The translations under genes were made by a program, and so were the position numbers. The notes under the pieces were generated by a model that saw only the letters and a program-made list of their open reading frames with translations, was not told where the DNA came from and ran no database searches. From contig JAGIQG010000008.1 in the NCBI GenBank assembly GCA_024679065.1, forward strand, positions 98,456,001-98,520,000: 64,000 nucleotides of DNA, read 5' to 3'. This stretch comes from Sphyrna mokarran. Taxonomy: Eukaryota. Of this stretch, positions 26,290 through 38,850 are shown in pieces (the first letter of the stretch is position 1; each line of letters opens with the position of its first letter).

Positions 26290-27390
26290 CACAGTAAGAA
26301 GTCTGACAACACCACATTTAAGTCCAACTGATTTATTTGATAGTAAACTCACAAGCTTTTGAGGTTTCCCTTTTCGTAGGTGAATGGAGAGTTCTAGCCT
26401 CAGACAGTGCATATAACAGCAGACAGTTTACAGATTACTGATTAGAATGCGAATCTTTACACCTAACCTGCTATTCAAGTCTTAAAGTGGCTAACAATGT
26501 AAGTGGAAGGAGCACTGAGCACAGGTTAGACAGATGTGTATTGTCTCCAGAAAGTCCAGTTAGTGATGTCCTGCAAACCCAGGCAAGTCATGGAGGTTAC
26601 AGATAGTGCGACATGAACCCAAGATCCTTGTTGAGCCCGTGCTCACATGTGCCAAACTCGGCTATCAATCTTTGCTCAGCAACTGCGCTGTCATGTGTCA
26701 TGAAGACCGCCTTGGAGAATGCTTACCCGAAGGTCAGAGGCCTAATGCTCGTGACCACTGATGTGCTCGCCAACAGGAAGGGGTTGCCTGGTGATTGTCG
26801 AGCGATGTTCATTCATCTGTTGTCGTAGCGTCTGCATAGTCTCCCCAACGTACCATGCTTCGGGACACACCTTCTTGCAAGTATTAGGTAGACAACATTG
26901 CCGAGTTGCAAGAGTATGTACCATATACCTGGTGGATGGTATTCTCACATGTGATGATGTTATCCATGTCGATGATCCAACATGTCTTGCAGAGGTTGCT
27001 GTGGCAGGGTTGTGTGGTATTGTGGTCACTGTTCTCCTGAAGGCTGGGTAGTTTGCTGCGAACAATGGTCTGTTTGAGGTTGTGTGGTTGTCTGAAGGCA
27101 AGAAGTGGGAGTGTGGGGATGGCCCTGGCAAGATGTTTGTCTTCATCAATGATATGTTGAAGACTCCAGAGATGTCGTAGCTTCTCCACTCCGGGGAAAT
27201 ACTGGATGACAAAGGGTACTCTGTCACCATGTCCCGTGTTTGTCTTCTGAGGAAGTCGGTGCGGTTTTTCGCTGTGGCGCATCAGAACTGTTGATCAATG
27301 AGTCGAGCGCTATGTCCTGTCCTTATGAGGGGCTGGTGTTGTCAGACTTCTTACTGTGTTTACCCCATCCAACGCTGGCATCTCCATATT
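26290..27390 (-). mobile_element. Penelope-like element fragment with GIY-YIG endonuclease and inverted terminal segment
   Basis: Minus ORFs give QPCHSNLCKTC and CPEAWYVGETMQTLRQQMNEH (PLE Cys motif plus GIY-YIG); inverted ends at 26290 and ~27333-27360; TSD ttaaatggttca at 26278-26289 and 27392-27403. Confidence 0.88.
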
Positions 27391-28160
27391 ATTAAATGGT
27401 TCAAACAGCAAAATACTTCAGCAACATGCCACACCTACATTGGTGACATTGTAGACATTGCTGCCAAGGCCAGCATTTATTATCCAGCTCCAAGTGCCCT
27501 TAAGAAGGTGTTGAAGACTTGTCTTCTTGAATAAATAGCAAAGTTTACTCAGCCATTTTAATGACAGTTGAGAGGATAAAGGGAACTGTAAATCACTGCC
27601 TGAAAGGGTGGCATTTAAAATGCACTTGGATCTGCATTTGAAGTGCTATAACCTACAGGGCTATGGACCAAGAGCTGGGAAGTGGAATTAGTCGGATTAC
27701 CATGTAGCCTTATGTTTCAATCACATTGCTGTGGATCTGGAGCCACATATGGGCCAGACCGGGGTTATTGATGGCAGATTTCCTTCCCCAAGGACATTAA
27801 TGAACCAGCTCAGTGTTTACAACAATGAAGTTTGTTCGTGAATACCAGTACAGATGCAAGCTTTTTCATAGGATCCCCACAGTACAGCCATTCGGCCCAT
27901 CAAATCTGCACTGATAACAATCTCACCTGGTCCTATCTCCGGAAACCCATACATATACTCTGCTAATTCCCTCTGACATTTAGGAACAATTTAGAATGGC
28001 CAATCAACTTAACCCAGAATCGAACCCAGTCTCTGATGCTGTGACGCAGCAGTGCTAACACTGCGCCCAAAATATTATTTGATTAATTGAATTTAACTTG
28101 TGGGATTTGAGCACATGTTTTTGGAACATTAGCTCAGGCCTCTGGATTACTAAACCAGTC

Positions 28161-29107
28161 TGTTATCATCCTTGACTGGATGCCCAGGATTTTGGCAAGA
28201 TCCAGTTAGGGATTGAATTCATTTTGTTTAAAGTAGACAAAATTTGAAACTCAAAATGAATAAAGTCACAAGACTCCATGGGTTCTGAACAAACAAAAAT
28301 AAATTTTACTATACAAGGTCAGATATCTTGTACTTTTAAGATTCAGAGATAATATGAGGTACATGTAAATTAACAGAAAGTGTAATAAACGAAAGATGCA
28401 ATCAAGACAGAGTCCATGGATTTATCAACACCCACCCAGATTTCAGTATGAATTAATCAATCTCACAAACTCTCTTTCACAAAGAATTCTAGTCTTCATC
28501 TTTGAAGATCTAACCAAGGAATTCCCTCCAAAGGTCACTCCAATTCAGGCAGCATCAACTATGCTCACCTCACAAGGTTTTGATCTCTAAGATTCAACTC
28601 CCCAAGATTCCTGAGTATACAGTCAAGCAGCAACACAACCTCAAATCTTTGGCTGCGCCAAGCAGAACACTGCTGCTCCAAAGAGGCGCCTCTGCCCTGA
28701 CAGCCTTCAGCAAAGAGTTATCAACCTTTGACTGCTCCCTTTGATCTTCAGGGCTTCTCTAGAGCCTTCTCCAATTTAATTCTGCAACTCATAGTCTTTC
28801 CTTTATTTGAAACCTTTTTAACTGAACTCAGACATCTTCCCGTCTCCATCCCATCTCTGGCTCTTTTACTTTGAGACTTTCCTTTATCCCCTCTCCCTAT
28901 TCCCTGCCTGTAACACTTCTTCTTGATGGTATATCTTCCAGTCACCTCCAGGTTTTCACACTAATTTCATCTGCACATATGGAGCCAATTCCCTGTCTGC
29001 ATGTGTGCTAAAGTTCTGAGGCCCATCACAAGTTGGTGCCCCCAATCACCACTCTCAACATTAAGGTAAATTTATTAATTTAACAGAACAAGTCACATAT
29101 GTTAACA
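28161..29107 (-). mobile_element. Possible LTR (LTR-retrotransposon remnant)
   Basis: Termini TGTTA...TAACA; purine tract aaagggg immediately upstream on the minus strand; no TSD seen. Confidence 0.4.
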
Positions 29108-29169
29108 TACCCCTTTGAGATAATGGATGACTATCTTTTTAAAACATACTAAGGGAAGTAAATAGTGGT

Positions 29170-29367
29170 ATATTGGGAATTTTGGATGTACAAAGGGATC
29201 TAGGTATCCTAGTACACCAATCAATGAAAGGTGAGAGGCAGGCACAACAAGCAATTAGGGAGGCAAATTTTATGATCTTCATCCCTGTTCAGAAACAGGG
29301 ATGTCTTATTGCAACAAACAGGGTATTGGTGAGATCACACCTGGAATATTGCATGCAGTTTTGGTCT
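29170..29367 (+). mobile_element. Host CR1 fragment, left part (resumes at ~31664)
   Basis: QRDLGILVH...LVRSHLEYCMQFWS breaks at ttttggtct and continues at ctccttacctaag (31664-32085). Confidence 0.75.
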
Positions 29368-31192
29368 GAGAGCATTACAGCACAGTACAGACTTGTCGGC
29401 CCGCTATGTTGCGCCAACTGTGAAACCAATCTAAAGCCCATCTAACCTATACTATTCCAATATCATATGATTATCCAGTGACCATTAACGTTGACGAATC
29501 CATTACTGTTGCAGGCAGGACATTCCCTTACTACTCTGAGTAAAGAACCTACCTCTGATATCTGTCCTATATCTATCACCCCTCAATTTAAAGTTATGCC
29601 CCCTTGTGCTAGCCATTTCCTTCCTAAAAGAAAAAGGCTGTCACTGTCCACCCTATCCAATCCTCTGATCATCTTGTATGCCTCCAATAGGTCACCTTTT
29701 AACCTTCTTCTCTCTGACCAAAACAGCCTCAAGTCCCTCAGCCTTTCCTCATAAGACCTTCCCACCATATGAGGCAACATCATGGTAAATTTCCTCTGCA
29801 TCCTTTCCAATGCTTCCAAATCCTTCCTATAATGCAGCCTTTATTTGAAACCTTTTTAACTGAACTCAGACTTCTTCCCGTCTCCATCCCATCTCTGGCT
29901 CTTTTACTTTGAGACTTTCCTTTATCCCCTCTCCCTATTCCCTGCCTGTAACACTTCTTCTTGATGGTATGTAAAACTGTACACAATATTCCAAGAGGGG
30001 CCGCACCAGAGTTTTATACAGCCGCAACATGACCTTATGGCTCCGAAACTCAATCCCTTTACCAATAAAAGCTAACACACCGTACACCTTCTTAACAATT
30101 CTATCAACCTGGTTGTCAACTCTTAAGGGTCTATGCACATGGACATCAAGATATCTCTATTCAATCACACTGCCAAGTAACTTACCATTAGCCCAGTATG
30201 CTGTATTCCTGTACTCCTTCCAAAGTGAATCATTTCACTCTTTTCCGCATTGAACTCCATTTGCCACCTCTCAGCCCAACTCTGCTGCTTATCTATGTCC
30301 TTCCGTAACCTGCAACATCCTTCTGCACTATCCACAACTCCACCAACTTTGGTATCATCGGCAAATTTACTAATTTCCATGTCCTCATTCAGATCATTTA
30401 TAAAAATGACAAACAGTAGTGGCCCCAAAACAGATCCATGCGAAACATCACTACTAACTGAATTCCAGGATGAACATATCTCATCAACCACCATCCTCTG
30501 TCTTCTTACAGCTAGCCAATTTTTGATTCAACCGCTAAATTGCCCTCAATCCCATACCTCCATATCTTCTGCAATAGTTCACCATGGGGAACTTATCAAA
30601 TGCTTTACTGAAATCCATATTCACCACATCAACTGCTTTACCCTTATCCACCTCTTTGGTCACCTTCTCAAAGAGCTCAATAAAGTTTGAGGTACAACCT
30701 ACTCTTCACAAAACTGTGTTGACTATCCCTAATCAAATTATTCCTTTCTAGATTATTATAAATCCTACCTCTTATAATCCTTTCCGAAACTTTGCCCATA
30801 ACAGATGTAAGGCTCATTGGTTTAGGGCACTCAATGTTAAAATGGTGGCGTAGGCTCGTTGGGCCGAAGGGCCTGTTTCCCGTGCTGTATTGTTGCCTAT
30901 AATTACCAGGGTTGTCTCTACCCCCCTTCTTGAACAAAGGGACAACATTTGCTATCCTCCAGTCTTTTGGCACTATTCCTGTAGACAACGATGACCTGAA
31001 GATCAAAGCCAAAGGCCCTGCAATCTCTTCCCTAGTCTCCCAGAGAATCCTAGGATAAATCCAATCCGGTCCAGGGAACTTATCTATTTTCATACTTTCC
31101 AGAATAGCTAACATCTCCTCCTTACCAACCTCAATCCTATCTAAGCTAATAGCTTGCATCTCAGTATTTGCCTCGACAACATTGTCTTTTTT
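29368..31192 (-). mobile_element. 5'-truncated CR1 LINE nested in an older CR1, itself carrying two insertions
   Basis: Minus ORFs with GPDWIYPRIL, WRIANVVPLFKKG, GSVLGPLLFVIFINDL, KFADD, LVRPLLEYC; CR1-type 3' UTR near 29370-29410. Confidence 0.93.
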
Positions 31193-31464
31193 GATAATGG
31201 ATTGACAGCTGGTCTCAGTAATTATACTATCATTGTACATGAGGCAGGGGATTTTACCAGTGCTCAGTGCACAAGACACAACATGAGAACTGCCGACTGT
31301 GAAACTGTCAATTGTTGTAAAAACCCATCTGGTTCACTAATGTCCTTTAGCGAAGGAAATCTGCTGTTCTTAGCTGGTCTGGCCTACATTGTGACTCCAG
31401 AGCCACAGCAACGTGTTTGACTCTCAGCAGCCCTCTGAAATGGCCAAGCAAGTCACTCAGTTCT

Positions 31465-31660
31465 GATGGGCTTCCTCTGGGTGCTCTGGTTTCTTCCAAC
31501 AGTCAGAAAGCACTGTTTAGATACATTGGTCATGCCTGTCCCTCCATTTACCTGAATGGGCACCGGAGTGCAGCAACCAGGGAACCCCCAAAGCAACCCC
31601 ATTGCAGTGCCAATGCAAACCCACCCATGACACTGATAAACTTTGTGTCACAAGTAAGCT
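31465..31660 (+). mobile_element. 5'-truncated tRNA-SINE with T>C hypermutated tail and a short inverted tail copy
   Basis: Aligns to SINE copies at 17287 and 50418; see findings. Confidence 0.75.
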
Positions 31661-32829
31661 CACCTCCTTACCTAAGAAAGAGGGAGTGCAGCGAAGGTTC
31701 TCTATGCTGACGGCAGGCATGGCAAGACTGTCCTAAGAAGAGAGTTTGGCTCTCTGGACCTGTAGTCACTAGAGTTTAAAAGGAGAGGAGATCTGATTGA
31801 AACGTGTAAAATTCCAACATGACCGGACAGACTAAATGCAGACAGGATGTTTTCCTTGGCAGCAGAATCTAGAACCTAGGAACACGGTTAGGGTATTGGA
31901 CAGACCATTTAAGACTGAGATGAGGAAAAATTCTCTACCTCAGAAGACTATCAAGGCCAAGTCACTGAATGTATTCAAGAAAGAAACAGATAATTTTTTT
32001 ATGTTTTTAAGGGGAGATAGCAAGAACATGGCATTGAGGTAGAGGATCAGCTTTGAAGGGCCAAAACGTTTACTCCTGTTCCTAATATTTATTTTCAAGA
32101 AGTTTATTGTAAATGCTCCAGTTTCTTTGAGAATTTAAATCATGATATTATAATCACATCATATATAGACAAACATGTATACATTATATGGGCAAGTCTA
32201 TCACTGAGATAGAAACTATTTAACCCATCTTTCTTGAGCTACAGCTTTTCCTATCACTGCATTTGCCATGATCCTATAGATTATGTTACCACAAAAAAGA
32301 TCATAATGAGAAGTCAGAATGGTTGCACCAGGCATAGGCACTATTTGCCTATGCAAAGTTCCAGAAAAGCCTTTCGTTATTCCTTGCTATAAACTAGTAA
32401 CTGTTTTTATAAAAATATAAATCTAGGAAGGGAAAGTTTGTACCTTTCAACTTTTTGGAGGCAAAAGCAGGCTTGCATTCTGTCTTTCCACAAATAATGC
32501 AAAACTTAAATACAATCTATTTTAAAAATCATGCATCTGCACACACTTCTTGTTGCTTGTTCATTATAAATTACCATATACGTTTTTATAATGGCAGTTG
32601 CCTGTAAGTTTATCACATTGCAATTCCTGCCTTGCCCCTCAGTGAATTCACAATAATCATCTGAGTGCAATAATGGCACGTAAAGTTTACATAGCAGTTT
32701 CCTTCATAATTGTGCCAGTAGAATTTAATCATAAAAATGCCCAAGAAATTGCATAATTTCTTAAATAGAGAAGCACTGACTCAAACTAGCCAAAATGCAA
32801 CTAACCTCCCTCTCCCCTCCCCAACATGG

Positions 32830-33400
32830 ATGGCACAGTGACACATGGATGGCATAGTGGCTAGCAGTACCAGGGGCTTCAGTTCAATTCTGGCCTTAGG
32901 TGACTGTCTGTATGGAGATTGCGTATTATTCCCATGTCTGTGTGAGTTTCCTTTGGGAACTTTGATTTCTTCCTACACTCCAAAGTTTAAAACAGAGTTG
33001 AGGAGGAACTTTTTCACTTAAAGGGTGGTGAATCTCTGGAATTCTCCGCCCATTGAAGTAGTGGAGTCTACCTCGTTGAATATGTTTAAGTCACAGGTAG
33101 ATAGATTTCTGATAGACAAGGGAATTAAGGGTTACGAGGAGCAGGTGGGAAGGTGGAAGTGATCCACTTCAGATCAGACATGATCTTGTTGAATGGCGGG
33201 GCAGGCTCGAAGGGCTAGATGGCCTACTCCTATTTCTTACGTTCTTATGTGCAGATTTAGGTTGACTGGCTACACTAAACTGCCCCTTAGTGTCAGCAGG
33301 ATAAACATATGGGGTTACAGGAATAGAATCTGGGTAGGATTGTTGCCGGTGTAGCTCGATGGGCCGAATGGCTTTCTTCTGCCTTGTAGGGATTCTATCT
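32830..33400 (+). mobile_element. tRNA-derived SINE interrupted by a CR1 3' fragment (~32986-33248)
   Basis: SINE body ...cacactccaaag resumes at atgtgcag after a CR1 tail ending cctactcctatttcttacgttctt. Confidence 0.7.
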
Positions 33401-34593
33401 GATGCCACTTTAACTGAAAATTATATTAAACTTTGAATTTGCATGCATAACACCGCTGTAGATGAACTAATATTAGAAGTCGAATATATCCATGCATTCC
33501 CTAGTGGTAAATTTCCATTCCTGCCGTAACAGTTTTTGGTCACATTTCTTAGTTCAACATTGTGACATTGAAAACATTGTAACCAGTCTGAACGGGAATT
33601 TTCCATGTAAACAAGTCACAATGGTGCTGTAGTTTCAGACGACAGCCAGTAAGGTGGCATCGTTGCCTCAGCATATCATGTTTCATTGCATTCCCTAACC
33701 CAGCAGCAACTGATAAGCTGATGATTTGTATTTGTAGGTAAACGGGTAATTAAATAGTCTGGTGTCCTGCATATTAATTTTTAGCTTATGCCCATCAAAT
33801 GGGCTTCAACATTCAGTTGGTCAGTGGGAATTAGAACTTACCAGACAGAGATGTTTAGCTGATAAGGATTCAGTCACAAGATTTCTTTGTCCTGGCCCCC
33901 TAGATCCCTCAGCTGACCTCCCTGGAGACATCTTCCAAGGCCAAGTAAAAACGTCACCTGTAGGAGCCCCTAATTCATTAATCTCAGTAACTGCCTCTAG
34001 TTGAATGATTTGACAGTTTAATCAAGGTGAAGCTAATTGGGAAGTTATTCTTGTTAAAACTGTGGATATCAAGGAGCAACAGCAGCTAATTGAGTAAAGT
34101 GGCATTATGGATCATGTGGATTTTCACATAGTTGGGTTCAGGCAGAAATATAAAATGAGCATTAATTCAAAGAGGCCTGATCAGTCGTGAACCATGCGCT
34201 CAATAACTGTAATGTGTGAATTATCAGGGAGATACTTGCAATTCACCAAAGTGTTATTGTAAGTGATAGTTATTACTCTATGTTTCATATCCTGAATATC
34301 AACATTTTTGAACCCCATTATTTTAAGGAAGAATTTTTAAATTTAGAAGAAATCCCAACTTTTAATACATTCACTAGCTGAAGCTGTGTTACTACAAATA
34401 TTGCACAAAGATCAAACAACAGAAGACAGGGAAAGAAGAGATTCCCTAAAACCGACAGCAGTACATTTTCGGGCCATTATAGAGATAACGTTTGGATGTA
34501 CTGAAAATCAGGCTGTCATCGTAACAAAATCAATTTGAACCATCACTGTTTCTAAATACAGCTTTAAGTTATCATGTTCAGCTGATTACATAC

Positions 34594-34715
34594 CCCGAAT
34601 CACAACCGTCACAGAGGAGAAGGCTATCTTCCCGGTCACTTCGTCCACACACCTCACAGTTTGTCACGTCCTCTTCCTCCTCACCATTGCCTTTATCAGG
34701 GTTTTGGACTGGAAT
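34594..34715 (-). CDS. PHRF1: PHRF1 exon, first half of PHD finger
   Basis: IPVQNPDKGNGEEEEDVTNCEVCGRSDREDSLLLCDGCDSG; acceptor cttttgaag, donor GG|gtatgt, phase 0-2. Confidence 0.95.
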
Positions 34716-35228
34716 CTTCAAAAGAAGCGGAATTTGTAGTAGTTAAATGTTTGACTTATTAAAGCTACCATTTTCCTTTCCCTTCCCTTCAATGACACCA
34801 GACATGTGACACCAGGGAAGACTAGGGAGAGGTGAATTGTGATTTCCACTCAATTGAGTTTGGCTGTAAATGGGCCAATGCGTGTGTCACAGTTGGTAGT
34901 AATAACGCCAGGAAGTGCACTACATTCACTTGCACAATATAAGCAAGAATAGTTTCAATAGACCTTGTTAACCTCAAGGATTATTATTAGGCATTTCTGA
35001 TAGCTAGAGCTGGACTGGTAAAGTCAAGGTCATCTATGATGCCCTCAGAGCATTCACTGTCCAGGGTTAGACATCTGTGTAAAGTGCCAGGAGATTCCTA
35101 CCACACAGGGCGTTGTCTGTAACCCCATCCACCCTCAATTCCAAACCACATCACCTTGATCATTAGCAGGAGGGGAAAATTAAGTCTTTTTGTTTTTATA
35201 CAAGCATGCTTATGCCATTCCAACTCAC

Positions 35229-35312
35229 CTTCTTTAAAACTGTCCCTCCAAAACGTGTGCGAACACAGATATGTTTGAAGACGATTCGATCAACAGGACA
35301 CGAATTGGCATT
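35229..35312 (-). CDS. PHRF1: PHRF1 exon, end of RING finger
   Basis: NANSCPVDRIVFKHICVRTRFGGTVLKK; acceptor ctgaaacag, donor AAG|gtgagt, 84 bp, phase 0-0. Confidence 0.95.
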
Positions 35313-35499
35313 CTGTTTCAGAAATAACATTTATAAACCATCATAGGAATTTCTTTTCCTTTGCAAAATTGTGAGCTAATTCATCTGCTTTGAACTTTAT
35401 GACAGAACTTATAGATGGTTAACATCACGTGGCAGGTAGCTTTATAGGACACCCTCAATGCCTGCACTTCCAGCATGTGTGAAGTAAAGTAAGATAGAA

Positions 35500-35905
35500 T
35501 TTACATTTAATAGCTTCTTTCATAACATCAGGATGTGCGAAGGTGCAGTCACTGTTGCAATGTAGGAAATGCAGCAGCCAACTTGTACACACTAAGATCC
35601 GTAAACAGCAATGTGATGAATTCATTTGACTTGGTAATGGTGGTTGAGGGATAAATATTTTTTAGGTTAACAAGGGAAATCCCCTGCTCTTCTTTGAGTA
35701 CTGCATGGAATTTTACATCAGCTGAAGGAGCAGGCAGAACCCTGGTTCAATAACTCATTCAAAACACAACACACTTACAGCATGTCCAGCACCACCACAA
35801 TACCCTGCTGAAGTGACAGCCTGGATTATCTGACTGCCCTGGAGTGGACACTGAAACTATAATCTTCTGACTCAAGGCAAGACTGCTCCCCACTGAGGCA
35901 TGACT
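35500..35905 (-). mobile_element. Deu/SacSINE-like SINE
   Basis: cagtcactgttgcaatgtaggaaatgcagcagccaa and ttctgactca motifs; related copies at ~53290-53670 and ~60820-61450. Confidence 0.55.
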
Positions 35906-37369
35906 GACATTCTAAAGGGAAATACCATTGCCGTATTTCTTTCAAATTTTTAAGGAGAGGAACAAACGTGAAAAGAATAATCTCTGGCTGACTACAAATG
36001 CATCAAACATCTCTTTCTTGCTGTGAATATCATTTAAGGTTAGGTGCAATCACTTATAATTGATCAGGATTACTATAAAAAATAATTTTATTTGAAAATA
36101 TAAAATACACCAGTTAGTATAACAGCAAGAACGTTTTCTCAGTGGCACTTCCAATTTTATCAGATTTTTCTGTAATGGGAACTTGAAAATTAGTTGATCT
36201 ATACTAACATCCCATCACTGGTGCAGAAATACATTTGCAGTACTGTATAAAAGAGTTCTATCGCTGAATCACTAAAAAAGTAGTAAATGTTGTGCAAATC
36301 TACAAACCCTTAACCACCATTTACTACAGTTATCCTTCTGCCTCATTGTTGAAGGTATCACTGGAATGCAAAATGGTTTTCTCTCTGGGTTCCACACATA
36401 CATCATTTGGTTTGGGAAAACTTTACTTAAGTTTTGTAGATTGCACACTTGAAAAAAAGGGAACTAAATCAAAACTTAGCTTAGCAAACAATAAACTGCT
36501 TTTTTTTAAAATCATTAAATTCAATTCCTTTAGCACAACCATTCATACAACAGATACAAAAAGCAGACAGCAATGATGAACAGTAAATATATAGTGATAT
36601 TCACCAAAGTTCATTTTGGTAACGATGCTCTTTTTGATGTCTATTCGTGATTATTATTTGAATAGAGAGGCCATGACTTCAAAGCTGGCAAATGACACAA
36701 AATCCAAGAATGTACAAGCAGCAAGGAGAATAATAACCAACTTCACACGATATAGACAGACTATTGAAATGGCCAAATGTAGAGAAATCTATCAAGTCAT
36801 CTTTATGACTCTCATGGATGCGAGTGTTGCTGGCAAGGCAGCATCTGTTGCCCATCTCTATATGCCCTTGAGAAGATTGTTGTGCACTTCTTGAACTGCC
36901 TCATTCCATCTTGTGAAATTATACCCAGAGAGTTCCAGGATTTTGACAGAGCCAGTGGAAGAACCGGGATATAGTTTCAAGTAAAGATGGTATATGGCTT
37001 GGAGGGGAACTTGCAAATGATGATGTTCCTATGGGTCTGCTGCCCTTGCCCTTCTAGTAGTTGCAGGTTTGGAAAATGATGTTAAGAGATGCCTGGCGAG
37101 TTCTGTAGAGCATCTTGTATGTGGTACTCACTGCTACCACTGTGCATCTATGATGAATGTTTAAGGTGATGTATTGGATGCTGATCAAAAGGGCTGCTTT
37201 TTCTAAATGCTGTCGAGCTTTGAATATTGTTGGAGCCGCACTCATCCTGGCAAGTGACGAGTGTACCATTATACTCCTGACTTGTAGATAGATGCTGAAT
37301 TGGGGAAATCAAGACATGAGTTACTCGCCACTGAATTCCCAATCTCTGATCACCTCTTAGAAGCACAGA

Positions 37370-38850
37370 AAATCAGAGCAGAAATAGTTCATTCGGCTTT
37401 GAGTCTCCTCTGCTACTCAATTTCGTGGCTGATGTTATCTTAATACCATTCTCCCCTGCTCTTCCCATATATTTTGATGCCTTTAGAGTCTAGAAATCTA
37501 TTAATTTCTGTGATATGGCCTCTGCAGCCTTCAATAGTACAGAATTCCAAAGCTTCATTATCCTCCAAATGAAGGGTTTATCCTCCTCTCCATCCTACAT
37601 GGCCTACCCTTTATCTTGATACTATAACCCCTTGTTCTAGACCAGCCTCTCCATCTCCACAACTTGAAGAAATATCATTCGTGCATCTAATCTGTCCAAT
37701 CCTGTCAAAATTTTATACGTACAGCAAGATTCCCTCTCATACATTCAAACTCCAGTACATACGTGCTTAGTCGATCCAATTTCTCCTCATATGACAATTG
37801 TGCCATCCCAAGGATAAGTCTGGTGAACACCTTTGCTGCACTTCGTCTATGACAAGTATATCTTTAGCCAAGGAGACCAAAACTGTGCACCATACTCCAC
37901 TGGTGGTCTCACTAAGGCCCTTTACAGTTGCAACAAGACATCCTTGTGCCTGTACTCAAGTCCTCCTGCAATGAAGGCCAACATTCCATTTGCATTCTTA
38001 ACTATATGTGTATCTGTTTACTTTTAGTGATTGTATACAAGGACACTCTTGGTGCAGCAACGTTTCTCAATCTATCACTATTTAAATAATACTTGCCATT
38101 CTGTTTTTCCTACCCATTTGAATGATCTTACACTTACCAACGTTATACTGCATCTGACCTGAATTTGCCCACTCAATTTGTCTAAATCGCCTGAAAGCCT
38201 CTTAACATCCTCATCACCACTCTCACCATGTTTCATATCTTCAGCAAACTTGAAAATATTATATTTTGTTCGCTCACCCAAATTATTGATTTATTTCATG
38301 ATCACTTAGTTTTGAGCTGTGACTCTCTAGTTCTAGATTCATCAACAGGAAACATCCTTTCCACATTCACAATATCAATACTCCTCAGGATGTTACATGT
38401 TGCCTCTTACTCTTCTAAGCTACACTGGATAGATAGAAGCCTAACCTTACCCATAAGCACCTTGCATTGCAGGTGGTTGCCTAGTAAACCTCTCTGAAAT
38501 GCCTCCAATGCATTTTAATTCTTACTTAAGTAAGGAGATCAATACTGCATATATTACTCCAGATGTGATCTCACCAATGTCCTACATAACTAAACAATAA
38601 CTACTTTTGCATTTAATTCTCTTCGCAATAAACAATAACATATTAGCTTTTCGAATTACTTGCTTTAACTGCACACTAATCTTTTGTGATTCATGCACTA
38701 GGACATCCAAATCCCACTATAATCTCTCATGATTTAGGTAAAATGCTTTCAAAATGCGCAATTTTGCATTTGCCCACATTATACTCCATTGTCAGATCTT
38801 ACTCACTTAATCCTTGTAGCCTCCTGTCTTCTTCACAACTTATTTTCCTA
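37370..38850 (-). mobile_element. Two adjacent decayed CR1 3' fragments
   Basis: Minus strand KFAED at ~38240; two LEY..QFWSP-like regions at ~37875-37900 and ~38535-38560. Confidence 0.65.
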
